The notes below the pieces were generated by a model. That model did not search any database, was not told the origin of the DNA, and saw nothing but the letters and a program-made list of their open reading frames with translations. Below are positions 29,777-40,100 of a stretch of 48,582 bases of DNA, in pieces. The DNA is from Cyanobacteria bacterium P01_E01_bin.6 (GTDB lineage Bacteria; Cyanobacteriota; Cyanobacteriia; CAKZMO01). Within the stretch, counting starts at the first letter, position 1; each line of letters starts with the position of its first letter. The stretch covers positions 1 to 48,582 of the forward strand of contig JBCCWF010000003.1 in NCBI GenBank assembly GCA_039194035.1, in the 5' to 3' direction. Position numbers and translations under genes: made by a program.

Positions 29777-30028
29777 ATGAAAGATGCTAAAGCCAAAATC
29801 AAACAATTCCTTTCACAATATTTTGCCAATCATGATTTACAAGATGATGATGATATTTTTGCCCAAGGTTTTATCAATTCAATGTTTGCCATGCAACTAG
29901 TTTTATTTATGGAGCAAGCATTTCAAATCACGGTTGAAAATGAAGATCTTGATATCGAAAATTTTAGGACTATCAATGCAATGACTCAACTACTTGAACA
30001 TAAAGCGGCAGTTCTTCCAGGTAACTGA
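29777..30028 (+). CDS. Dedicated extender-unit ACP (FkbJ/ZmaD-like)
   Basis: DDDIFAQGFINSMFAMQLV...EDLDIENFRTI, typical of methoxy/hydroxymalonyl ACPs. Confidence 0.92.
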   Translation: MKDAKAKIKQFLSQYFANHDLQDDDDIFAQGFINSMFAMQLVLFMEQAFQITVENEDLDIENFRTINAMTQLLEHKAAVLPGN

Positions 30029-30029
30029 G

Positions 30030-31238
30030 ATGAAGATTGAACTAACCCCTCAACAGCAAAATGCTCAAGCCGCATTCAGAGCCTTTGTTGACGCAGCAAT
30101 TGTTCCTCTGGCAAATCACTTCGATCGCGAAGAACACACACCTCCCCAACTGATTGAACAGCTTGCTCAGAGGGGATATTTAGGGGCCTTATTACCACAG
30201 AAAAGCGGCTGCAACGGTATGGATGCAATCACCTACGGTTTGCTGTCAGAAGAAATCGGGCGGGGTTGTTCATCACTGCGGAGTTTGCTCACCGTTCACA
30301 CAATGGTGGGGCAAGCGTTGCTCAAGTGGGGCAGTGCGTTCCAGAAAGAGAATTGGATTCCCAAGTTAGCATCAGGGAGCGCGATCGCTGCCTTTGCACT
30401 AAGTGAACCGAACGTAGGCAGCGATGCCAAACGGGTAGAGACAACTGCAACTCTTTCTGGCGATGCATACATCCTCAATGGGCAAAAGAAATGGATTACC
30501 TACGGACAAATTGCAGATGTTTTTCTGGTGTTTGCTCAGTGCGATCGCGAAGCATCCTCAACGGCAACCGAAAAACCTTCAGCCTTTTTGGTTGAACGAA
30601 ATAGTCCAGGACTTTCCATCAAACCGATTTCTGGGATGTTAGGTGTCAGGGCATCAATGCTAGCGGAGTTGCACTTGAAAGAGTGTCGAATTCCGCAGGA
30701 GAATCTTGTTTGCAGGGAAGGATTTGGGTTCTCTCACGTCGCTTCCACTGCCTTGGATTGCGGTAGATACAGTGTTGCTTGGGGGTGTGTTGGGATTGCT
30801 CAAGCGTGCCTTGAAGCATGTCTTCGTTATACCAGTCAACGCAAGCAATTCGGTGTTTATTTAAAGGATCATCCACTTATTCGACAACTTATTAGTGACG
30901 CGATCGCGAATGTAAAAGCAGCACGATTGTTGTGTTATCAAGCAGGTTATCTAAAAGACATTGGTGATCCTAAATCAATCATGGAAACCTCAATTGCCAA
31001 ATACTTCGCCTCCACGATCGCAGCGAAAGTAGCCAATGATGCGGTCCAAATTCATGGAGCCAATGGTTGCAGTAGTGAATACGATGTTCAACGGTATTTA
31101 CGAGACGCCAAAATCATGGAAATTATCGAGGGCAGTACGCAAATTCAACAACTGACGATCGCTGAGTATGGCTATCAGGAGCAGAGCATTTTAGCTCCTC
31201 CCACCACACTGTCTCAACAATTAGTCGCGAGGGTGTAA
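30030..31238 (+). CDS. Acyl-CoA dehydrogenase-like acyl-ACP oxidase (FkbI/ZmaE-like)
   Basis: FALSEPNVGSD, GQKKWIT, RKQFG, QIHGANG and EIIEGSTQIQ motifs; probable ATG at 30030. Confidence 0.92.
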   Translation: MKIELTPQQQNAQAAFRAFVDAAIVPLANHFDREEHTPPQLIEQLAQRGYLGALLPQKSGCNGMDAITYGLLSEEIGRGCSSLRSLLTVHTMVGQALLKWGSAFQKENWIPKLASGSAIAAFALSEPNVGSDAKRVETTATLSGDAYILNGQKKWITYGQIADVFLVFAQCDREASSTATEKPSAFLVERNSPGLSIKPISGMLGVRASMLAELHLKECRIPQENLVCREGFGFSHVASTALDCGRYSVAWGCVGIAQACLEACLRYTSQRKQFGVYLKDHPLIRQLISDAIANVKAARLLCYQAGYLKDIGDPKSIMETSIAKYFASTIAAKVANDAVQIHGANGCSSEYDVQRYLRDAKIMEIIEGSTQIQQLTIAEYGYQEQSILAPPTTLSQQLVARV

Positions 31239-31240
31239 GT

Positions 31241-32311
31241 ATGCTTGGACTCAAGCCTGAGAGGGTAGAACACCAGCCAGATGAACAAACAACGATCAAG
31301 TGTGTCGTTTGGGATTTGGATAACACGCTCTGGAACGGGGTGTTGTTGGAAGATGAGCAGGTTTCCTTACAAGACAATGTCGTTGATATTATTAAAACTC
31401 TTGATGGTCGCGGAATCTTGCAGTCTTTGGCTAGTAGAAATGAACATGCCCAAGCCATTGCAAAGCTGCAAGCGCTTGGCTTAAATGAGTATTTTCTATA
31501 TCCCCAAATCAATTGGAACTCCAAAGCTCACTCGATTCAGGAGATTGCCAAATTAATCAATATCAGTACAGATGCGATCGCCTTTATCGATGACCAGTTG
31601 TTTGAGCTAGAAGAGGTTCACTTTTCTCTGTCTAATGTTCTCTGTATCAATGTAGCTGATCTCAATCAACTGCTAGACCTGCCAGAAATGAATCCTCGCT
31701 TCATTACCGAGGATTCAAAAAAGCGAAGGCTAATGTATCTCAGTGATATAGAGCGGAAACAGGCAGAGGAGACATTTGTCGGCTCGCAAGCGGAATTTTT
31801 GGCAACGCTCAATATGCACTTCACGATCGCTCCTGCGCAAGAAGCAGATTTGCAGCGAGCTGAAGAATTAACGATGCGAACGCATCAATTAAACACAACA
31901 GGCTATACCTATTCCTACGATGAGCTCAATCAATTTCGGCAGTCCAAAAACCACAAATTGCTGATCGCTAGTTTGGAAGACAAGTATGGCAGCTACGGAA
32001 AAATCGGGTTAGCACTTGTGGAATGCCAAGACAGCGAATGGATAATCAAGCTCTTGCTCATGTCTTGCCGCGTGATGTCGAGAGGAGTCGGCACCGTCAT
32101 GCTGAATTACCTGATTAAGCTAGCAACAGTAAATAATGTTGGGTTGCAAGCCGACTTTGTTTCAACGGATCGAAATCGAATGATGTATGTTGCCTATAAG
32201 TTTGCAGGCTTTAAAGAAATTGAAAGGAAGGATAAATTAACGATTCTGCAACACAATCCTAATCAGATTCAAACGTTTCCCGACTATATCAAAGTAGACA
32301 TTTTTGAGTGA
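31241..32311 (+). CDS. fkbH: FkbH-like glyceryl transferase/phosphatase (HAD family)
   Basis: IKCVVWDLDNTLW, AFIDD, RTHQLN and LLMSCRV motifs. Confidence 0.95.
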   Translation: MLGLKPERVEHQPDEQTTIKCVVWDLDNTLWNGVLLEDEQVSLQDNVVDIIKTLDGRGILQSLASRNEHAQAIAKLQALGLNEYFLYPQINWNSKAHSIQEIAKLINISTDAIAFIDDQLFELEEVHFSLSNVLCINVADLNQLLDLPEMNPRFITEDSKKRRLMYLSDIERKQAEETFVGSQAEFLATLNMHFTIAPAQEADLQRAEELTMRTHQLNTTGYTYSYDELNQFRQSKNHKLLIASLEDKYGSYGKIGLALVECQDSEWIIKLLLMSCRVMSRGVGTVMLNYLIKLATVNNVGLQADFVSTDRNRMMYVAYKFAGFKEIERKDKLTILQHNPNQIQTFPDYIKVDIFE

Positions 32312-32326
32312 TGGAGATGACGAAGA

Positions 32327-35300
32327 ATGTCAAATGAAGAGATCCTCACCCTAAAGTCTAAGCTCTCACCGGCAAAACAGGCACTTCTCGAAAAACGATT
32401 GCGAGGTGAAATCGAGTCCAATTCTCGTAACCAGCCATCACAAGAGAAGCTCCCTACGGTAATCCCCAATCCAGATCAACGGTATCAGCCATTTCCACTC
32501 ACCGATGTGCAACAGGCTTACTGGGTTGGTCGCAGTGGTGCGTTTGAGTTGAGCAATATTTCAACCCACGTTTATTTTGAGGTTGAAACCGCCAATTTAA
32601 ACCTGGAGCGATTTGAACAAGCGTGGCAGAACCTGATCGATCGCCATGATATGTTGAGAGCGATTGTGCGACCAGATGGGCAGCAACAGATTCTAAAGCA
32701 GGTGCCTGCATATAAGATTCGGGTTTTAGACTTACATGGAAAAGACCCAGAAATTGTTGCGTCCCAATTAAGCCAACTGCGCGAACACTTATCCCATCAA
32801 GTTTTGCCTACTGACCAGTGGCCACTCTTTGAAATTCAAGTCGCTCAACTGGATGAGAAAAAAATTAGGCTTTGTCTCAGTTTAGACATCCTGATTGGTG
32901 ATGCCTGGAGTTTCGATATTGTTTTCGGAGAACTCGCTGAATTAATTCAAAATCCTGCTACATTCTTTTCTCCGTTAGAGTTTTCATTTCGGGATTATGT
33001 TTTAGCGGAGCTTGCTCTGCAAGATTCAACAGTCTATCAACGCTCAAAGGACTATTGGCTGAGTCGGATTCCCACCTTGCCATCCGCTCCTGAACTGCCC
33101 CTGGCTAAAAATCTAGCGGCTGTCAAGAATCCTCGGTTTGTACACCGAACCAGAAGATTAAATCCAGAGGCATGGGTTCGTCTCAAGCAACAGACTAGGG
33201 AATACAACTTGACACCTTCTGTACTGCTGCTAGCCGCCTTTGCCGAAGTTCTCAGCGGTTGGAGCAAAAGCCCAAGATTTACGCTCAATTTGACGCTATT
33301 TAACCGCTTGCCACTGCATCCTCAAGTGAACCAGATTATGGGGGACTTCACTTCATTAACGTTACTGGCAGTGGATCATTCAGAACAAGACTCCTTTGCG
33401 GCGCGATCGCAGCGCATTCAAAAGCAACTATGGGATGATTTTGACCATCGGTATTTCAGTGGTGTGCAGGTGTTGCGAGAATTAGCCCGCTTGCAAAAGA
33501 ATCCTTCAGGGGTGCTAATGCCAGTCGTTTTCACTAGCACGTTGATTAATGATGGACTCAGCCGCAGCACCCCAACCGAAAAATTATCATCCATCGGCCG
33601 ATTGGGAGACGTGACTTACAACATCAGCCAAACTCCCCAGGTGTATCTAGATCTGCAAGTGAATGAAATGGGGGGAACGCTGTTTGTTGAGATGGATGCT
33701 GTAGAAGAACTGTTTCCAGCCGGATTGCTGGATGATATGTTCGCTGCCTATTGTCGTTTCCTCGAACGGTTGGCCGATCAGGATGAACTCTGGCACACCC
33801 CTACCCGGTCATTGCTGCCACCGGCACAACTCGAACAACTCGTTGCCTTCAACGCTACGGACACACCAATTCCAGAAACAACTCTCCTCCACAGTCTGTT
33901 CTTTGAGCACGCTCAACAGCACCCGCAAAAGGTTGCTGTGATTACCTCTCAGCAACGTCTTACCTATCAAGAGTTGAGCGATCGCGCTCTGTCTCTCGCA
34001 CGCCATCTGCGCCAACTTGGTGCTTGTCCCAACCAACTGGTCGCGATCGTCATGGACAAAGGTTGGGAGCAAGTAGTTGCGGTCTTAGCTATTCTCGCCT
34101 CTGGTGCCGCCTATGTTCCCATTGATCCCGACCTGCCAACCGAACGGCGATCGCACCTGCTAAAACAAACCCAGGTTCAGTGCGTTCTCACCCAATCCCA
34201 TCTCGACTCTTCTCTAGACTGGACAGACACTATCACTCGCCTATGTGTTGATACGTTGGAACTGGCTAGTCCTGATTCCCCTCTGGAGTGGGTTCAGCGA
34301 TCGCATGATTTAGCCTACGTTATCTACACCTCTGGCTCTACGGGCAAACCCAAGGGTGTCATGATTGACCATCGCGGAGCAGTGAATACCATCCTGGATA
34401 TCAATCAGCGGTTTCAGGTCAGTGCAAAAGATAGTGTGTTAGCCCTCTCGTCCCTGAGTTTTGACCTGTCAGTGTATGACATCTTTGGCACCTTAGCCGC
34501 AGTTGGAACGATTGTCATCCCAGATGCTTCGTGTACCAAAGACCCTACTCATTGGGTGCAAATGATTGAGCAGCATCAGATCACACTTTGGAACTCTGTG
34601 CCTGCTCTGATGCAGATGCTTGTAGAGTCTGTCACAGGTCGTCATCAACGCTTGCCGGAGTCCTTGCGATTAGTGTTATTGAGTGGGGATTGGTTACCTA
34701 TCTCGTTACCCGACCAGATTCGAGCATTGTCTGAATCGGTGCAGGTCGTCAGTTTAGGCGGTGCCACAGAAGCCTCCATTTGGTCAATTCTCTATCCAAT
34801 TAAGCAGGTTGAGCCAGGCTGGAAAAGCATCCCCTATGGTCACCCTATGGCAAATCAGCGTTTTTATGTGCTCAGTGATGCGCTGCAACCCTGCCCACTC
34901 TGGGTTCCAGGGCACCTCTATATCAGTGGACTAGGATTGGCAAAAGGGTATTGGCATGATGAAGAGAAAACTGATGCTAGCTTTATCATTCATCCTCAAA
35001 CTCAAGAGCGATTGTACAAAACGGGCGATTTAGGACGGGTGTTGCCACAAGGCGTGATTGAGTTTTTGGGACGTGAGGATTTTCAGGTCAAGGTGAATGG
35101 CTATCGGATTGAGTTGGGTGAGATTGAGGTGGTGTTAGAGCAGCATTCGGCAGTCAAAGAGACGGTTGTAGTGGCGGCTGGCAAGCCACAGGGGAGCCAG
35201 CGTCTGATTGCCTATGTAGTTCCTCATATGGAGCATCCATCCATTCTGGTTGGTCCGGAAGGAGCAGATTTGTATCATGACGAGTGGCGTGGTTTTCTTC

Positions 35301-35764
35301 GGCAGAAGTTGCCCGATTATATGGTGCCGTCTGACTTCATGATTCTGGATGCTCTGCCGCTGACCCCAAACGGTAAGGTGAATCGCCGCGCCCTACCGAT
35401 GCCAAGTAGTACTCGCTCCCGTGAGAAGGTGTCCCATGTCAAGCCGCAAACTGAAGTTGAACAAATGATTGCAGCGATTTGGCAAGATATCCTGCAAATC
35501 GAGAACATCGGAATTCACGATAACTTCTTTGATTTGGGAGGTAATTCAGTTCTGTTGGTTCAAGCGCACAACAAACTGCAAGAGTCCTTACAGCAATCTC
35601 TTTCTCTGGTGGATCTGTTTCAATATCCAACTATCGATACGTTGGTGAAGCACTTAGTAGAAAAGAAATCTGAAGTTACTGACATACAGGAAGGTCAAAG
35701 ACGCGCTCAAACTCGTCGCCTTGCCTCAAAAAAACGGCGTAAGCGATTTCAGCAAAGCCAATGA
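32327..35764 (+). CDS. NRPS 2: Cy - A(Cys) - PCP, thiazoline-forming
   Basis: Cy FPLTDVQQAY and DILIGD; hand-read A code DLYNLSLIWK (cysteine type); PCP GGNSV; N-terminal LSPAKQALL docking segment; basic C-terminal tail. Confidence 0.95.
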   Translation: MSNEEILTLKSKLSPAKQALLEKRLRGEIESNSRNQPSQEKLPTVIPNPDQRYQPFPLTDVQQAYWVGRSGAFELSNISTHVYFEVETANLNLERFEQAWQNLIDRHDMLRAIVRPDGQQQILKQVPAYKIRVLDLHGKDPEIVASQLSQLREHLSHQVLPTDQWPLFEIQVAQLDEKKIRLCLSLDILIGDAWSFDIVFGELAELIQNPATFFSPLEFSFRDYVLAELALQDSTVYQRSKDYWLSRIPTLPSAPELPLAKNLAAVKNPRFVHRTRRLNPEAWVRLKQQTREYNLTPSVLLLAAFAEVLSGWSKSPRFTLNLTLFNRLPLHPQVNQIMGDFTSLTLLAVDHSEQDSFAARSQRIQKQLWDDFDHRYFSGVQVLRELARLQKNPSGVLMPVVFTSTLINDGLSRSTPTEKLSSIGRLGDVTYNISQTPQVYLDLQVNEMGGTLFVEMDAVEELFPAGLLDDMFAAYCRFLERLADQDELWHTPTRSLLPPAQLEQLVAFNATDTPIPETTLLHSLFFEHAQQHPQKVAVITSQQRLTYQELSDRALSLARHLRQLGACPNQLVAIVMDKGWEQVVAVLAILASGAAYVPIDPDLPTERRSHLLKQTQVQCVLTQSHLDSSLDWTDTITRLCVDTLELASPDSPLEWVQRSHDLAYVIYTSGSTGKPKGVMIDHRGAVNTILDINQRFQVSAKDSVLALSSLSFDLSVYDIFGTLAAVGTIVIPDASCTKDPTHWVQMIEQHQITLWNSVPALMQMLVESVTGRHQRLPESLRLVLLSGDWLPISLPDQIRALSESVQVVSLGGATEASIWSILYPIKQVEPGWKSIPYGHPMANQRFYVLSDALQPCPLWVPGHLYISGLGLAKGYWHDEEKTDASFIIHPQTQERLYKTGDLGRVLPQGVIEFLGREDFQVKVNGYRIELGEIEVVLEQHSAVKETVVVAAGKPQGSQRLIAYVVPHMEHPSILVGPEGADLYHDEWRGFLRQKLPDYMVPSDFMILDALPLTPNGKVNRRALPMPSSTRSREKVSHVKPQTEVEQMIAAIWQDILQIENIGIHDNFFDLGGNSVLLVQAHNKLQESLQQSLSLVDLFQYPTIDTLVKHLVEKKSEVTDIQEGQRRAQTRRLASKKRRKRFQQSQ

Positions 35765-35826
35765 GCTAATTCAAAATTATCGAGTTATTCAACTCAAATG
35801 GCATTAAGAAGAAAAGGTAAACAATC

Positions 35827-37095
35827 ATGGATGCAAATAGACATTCCTGGGAGGCGATTGTTGATGCTGGACACAAACAGTCTCAGCAAGCTCCTGAAAA
35901 TGTAGATCTTCAGACTCTATCAAGCTTATTGCAGTGTCTCGAGTCCTTAAGCACTGCCTATATTTGCCAAACACTGATTCAGTTAGGGGTTTTTATTCAT
36001 CCTCATGAACGGCATACGCTGGATAGTTTGATGGAGCACTGTCAAATTCAGCCTCATTACCGGAAACTACTAGCACAGTGGCTAAGGGCTTTAGAAGAAG
36101 AGGGATTAGTCGAGCTAGAAAAGAATATTTATACGAATCCATTGCCATTACCAACCGATTCGATGAACTCGCTTTGGTTAGAAGCCAGAGATTATGCTAG
36201 CTCAATTCCACAAGTCAATAATTTTCTGGAGTACCTTCGGCAGCATGGAGAAAATCACTCACGACTCCTTAAGGGGGAGCTTGATCCATTAGCACTACTC
36301 TTTGTCGAAGGATCTCAAGACACAGCGGAAAAGTTATACGAATTTAATCCTGCCGCTCTTTACTTCAACAAAATTATTCGAGAAATACTCAGAGCGATGA
36401 CTGCATCGCAATCAACTGGAAAGTGTCTAAAAATCCTGGAGATAGGAGCAGGAGTTGGTGCAACTACGGCATCAATATTACCTGTGTTAATGTCAAATAA
36501 AGTACTTTATACCTATACTGATGTATCTAGCTTTTTCATAAACCAAGCCAAGCGGAAATTCCAAAATTATTCCTTTGTTGAGTATAGAAAATTCGATATT
36601 AATCTTGAACCTGAGCCACAAAATTATCAGTTGGGTAGCTTTGATATTGTGATAGCTGCTAACGTTTTACATATTGCCCGTGACTTAAACAAAGCAATAT
36701 CTTATCTTTATTCCTTATTAGTGCCTCAAGGTTTACTCTTATTATTAGAATTAACTCACTATCGTCGTTCCGTTATGACTACAACGGGATTTGTTAAGGG
36801 TTTTAGTGAATATAGCGATGAAAGGCTACAAGACAATACTCCACTACTTTCAGTAGAGCAGTGGAGTGAGAAATTAGGTACTTGTGGATTTGAAAAATTC
36901 ATTGCCTTTCCAGAATCTGGCTCTTCTACAGATTTTTTACAGCAACATGTGATGATTGCTCAGTTACCTGACTTTCTAACGCTACAAATTGCCCAAGAAG
37001 AAACTTTGAATGCTTTGTCTATAGGTGAAGGAGAGAATCGAGGTAAGCGACGGAAAGAAATGGCAACGTTAAGACAGCGTCGAAAAAAAAGATAA
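35827..37095 (+). CDS. Stand-alone SAM-dependent methyltransferase of the PKS/NRPS C-MT type
   Basis: LEIGAGVG, YTYTDVS and ANVLH...LLE motifs. Paralogous to the MT domains embedded in the 23001 PKS and the 42075 NRPS. Confidence 0.9.
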   Translation: MDANRHSWEAIVDAGHKQSQQAPENVDLQTLSSLLQCLESLSTAYICQTLIQLGVFIHPHERHTLDSLMEHCQIQPHYRKLLAQWLRALEEEGLVELEKNIYTNPLPLPTDSMNSLWLEARDYASSIPQVNNFLEYLRQHGENHSRLLKGELDPLALLFVEGSQDTAEKLYEFNPAALYFNKIIREILRAMTASQSTGKCLKILEIGAGVGATTASILPVLMSNKVLYTYTDVSSFFINQAKRKFQNYSFVEYRKFDINLEPEPQNYQLGSFDIVIAANVLHIARDLNKAISYLYSLLVPQGLLLLLELTHYRRSVMTTTGFVKGFSEYSDERLQDNTPLLSVEQWSEKLGTCGFEKFIAFPESGSSTDFLQQHVMIAQLPDFLTLQIAQEETLNALSIGEGENRGKRRKEMATLRQRRKKR

Positions 37096-37187
37096 AGACT
37101 AAATACTAAGCAGACAGTTGTCGATCATTCATGGATTCTATTTAGAGCATCTCTTTCAAAGAGTGCGTGAATCAGGAGAAAATTTGT

Positions 37188-40100
37188 ATGAACCACTCAG
37201 AAGTTTTTTCAGGGAACGAAATAGCAGTTATTGGAATATCCGGTCGCTTTCCCGGAGCTAAAAATCTGGAGAAATTCTGGCAAAACCTGAAGGATGGGCG
37301 ATCATCAATCTCGTTCTTTACGGATGAGGAATTGAAAGCTGCCGGTGTAACCCCTGCGGCGCTAGATAATTCCAATTATGTCAAAGCTGGCTCAACTCTA
37401 GAAGAAATTGAGTTGTTTGATGCTTCATTCTTCAACATCAGTCCTCGAGAAGCAGAAATTATTGATCCTCAGCATCGTCTATTTTTGGAGTGTGCTTGGG
37501 AAGCGCTTGAAGACGCTGGCTACAATCCCGAAAACTATTCAGGTCGGATTGGAGTATACGCCGGGGTTAGCCGTAGCTATTACTTTATGTACAATCTATC
37601 CAAAAATAGAAATGCTTTAGATTCATTAGATCCACTTGAACTCGTTCTCGCTACAGAAAAAGATTATTTGGTAACCCGCGTATCTTATAAGTTGAATCTT
37701 AAAGGTCCTGGGATTGTGGTTCAAGGTGCTTGCGCTACCTCGTTAATAGCCATTCATTTAGCTTGCCAAAGTTTACTGAATGGTGAAAGTGATATCAACC
37801 TGGCTGGTGGTGTCACCATCGCATCAGAACGAACCGGGTACTACTATCAAGATGGAGGAATTTTATCTCCTGATGGGCACTGTCGTGTCTTTGATGCGAA
37901 AGCCCAAGGAACGATCCCAGGGAATGGGTTGGGCATTGTTGTGTTAAAGCGATTAGAAGATGCTTTGGCAGAGGGTGACTCGATTCACGCAGTGATCAAA
38001 GGCTCTGCTGTTAACAATGATGGCTCTGTTAAAGTTGGCTATACTGCTCCTAGCGTGAATGGGCAAGCATCGGTTATTGCAGAAGCTTTAGCAGTATCTG
38101 AGGTTGATGCAGACACTGTCACCTATGTGGAGACTCACGGGACAGGTACTCCGTTGGGCGATCCCATTGAAATCGCGGCGCTAACTCAGGCTTTTCGAGC
38201 TTACTCTAATCGGAAAGGTTACTGTGCTGTTGGCTCTTTAAAGAGCAATGTTGGGCATATGGATTCTGCTGCGGGAGTCGGAAGTTTAATCAAAACGGTC
38301 CTGGCACTCAAGCACAGATTGATTCCATCCAGCCTAAACTTTGACCAACCCAACCCCAACATTGACTTCACCAATAGTCCGTTTTACGTCAATACCACTC
38401 TCACTGATTGGGAGACAAACGGTATGCCTCGCCGTGCTGGGGTGAGTTCATTTGGCTTCGGTGGAACTAACGCTCACGCTATTTTGCAGGAAGCTCCGAT
38501 CGCCGAGGAGTCGGGTGCATCTCGCCCCTGGCAGTTGTTCGTTGTCTCAGCTAAGACCAATTCAGCTCTGGAGACTGCGACAGCAAATTTGGCTGATCAT
38601 TTCAAGCGGCATCCAAACTTAAATTGTGCAGATGTTGCCTACACTCTACAGATCGGTCGAAAAGCGTTTAAACATCGGCGAATTTTAGTGTGTCAGAATG
38701 CTGAGGATGCCATTCAAGCGCTAGAAACCCCTCAGCAGAGGGTTACTAGCTGTTGTCAGTCTAGTGGACAGTCGCTTGTGTTTATGTTTCCTGGACAGGG
38801 CGCTCAGTATGTCAATATGGCGAAGGATCTGTATGAAACCGAGCCAAACTTTACTGCGCAAGTTGATCAGTGCTGTTCACTGTTGACCTCCCATCTGGGA
38901 CTCGACCTGCGATCGATCCTCTACCCTGATGAGGCTCAAGCAGAAGCCGCGCAACACCAACTCAAACAAACTCAAATTACCCAGTCAGCCCTGTTTGTCA
39001 TTAGCTATGCGTTAGCCAAACTGTGGATGTCATGGGGCATACATCCGACCGCCATGATTGGGCACAGCATTGGGGAATATGTAGCGGCGTGTTTGGCAGG
39101 TGTTTTCTCCTTAGAAGATGCCCTACGTTTAGTTGCAGTGCGGGGACGCATGATGCAGGAACAGCCGAGTGGCTCCATGCTTTCTGTGAATCTCCCAGCC
39201 TCAAAAGTAGACGCTCTATTGGCTGAGGGGCTTTCTCTCGCTTCTAGTAACAGTCCATCGCGCTGTGTTGTTTCTGGTTCAGTGGAAGCCATTGAAGCGT
39301 TCAGACAACAATTAGCCACGACAGGAATAGACGCTCGCTGTCTGCAAACGTCCCATGCTTTTCATTCCCAAAGTATGGATTCCATTTTGGAACCTTTTGC
39401 TGAACACATTAAAACAATCAATCTGAATGCTCCCAAAATCCCCTTTATTTCCAATGTGACGGGTACCTGGATTAAAGCAGAGGACGCAACTGACCCCAGC
39501 TACTGGGCAACCCATCTGCGCCAGCCAGTGCTATTTTCGGAGGGAATCCAGGAGTTATTAAAAGAACCAGACCATCTCCTGCTAGAGGTGGGACCTGGAC
39601 GTACATTATGTACTCTGGTGAAGCAGCAATCTCACTTGATCGCAGAACGGGTTGTGTTATCTTCACTGCGCCATCCCCAGGAGCATCAGTCAGATGTAGC
39701 ATTTCTACTCCTCAGCCTGGGTCGTCTCTGGCTTGCAGGTGTCAACGTAGACTGGTCAGGTTTTTCAGCGCAGGAGCAACGTCATCGTGTTCCTCTACCC
39801 ACTTATCCATTTGAGCGCCAGCGGCATTGGATCTCGCCTGATGTGCCTGATTCGACGCATGCTCCTACGATTTTAAACAAGAACCCTGATATTGGTGACT
39901 GGTTCTATCTCCCCTCATGGCAGCGCTCCATTCCCCCTGGAAGTCTTCAACCCATTGATTTAAATGGCGATCGCCGCTGTTGGTTAGTGTTTACAGATGA
40001 ATGCGGCATTGCGGCTAACCTGGTGAAACGGCTCAAACTTCAGAATCAAGCGGTTGTTCAGGTAATGGTGGGCGAAACGTTTGCCCAGGTCAGTGCGGAT

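Noticed and set aside
28875-31238. Beta-oxidation or butyrate metabolism genes
   Set aside because: The interleaved dedicated ACP and FkbH identify an extender-unit cassette.
35827-37095. FkbG-type O-methyltransferase that would complete methoxymalonyl-ACP
   Set aside because: At 422 aa and paralogous to the embedded C-MT domains, it does not resemble the small FkbG-type family. The activity is not formally excluded.
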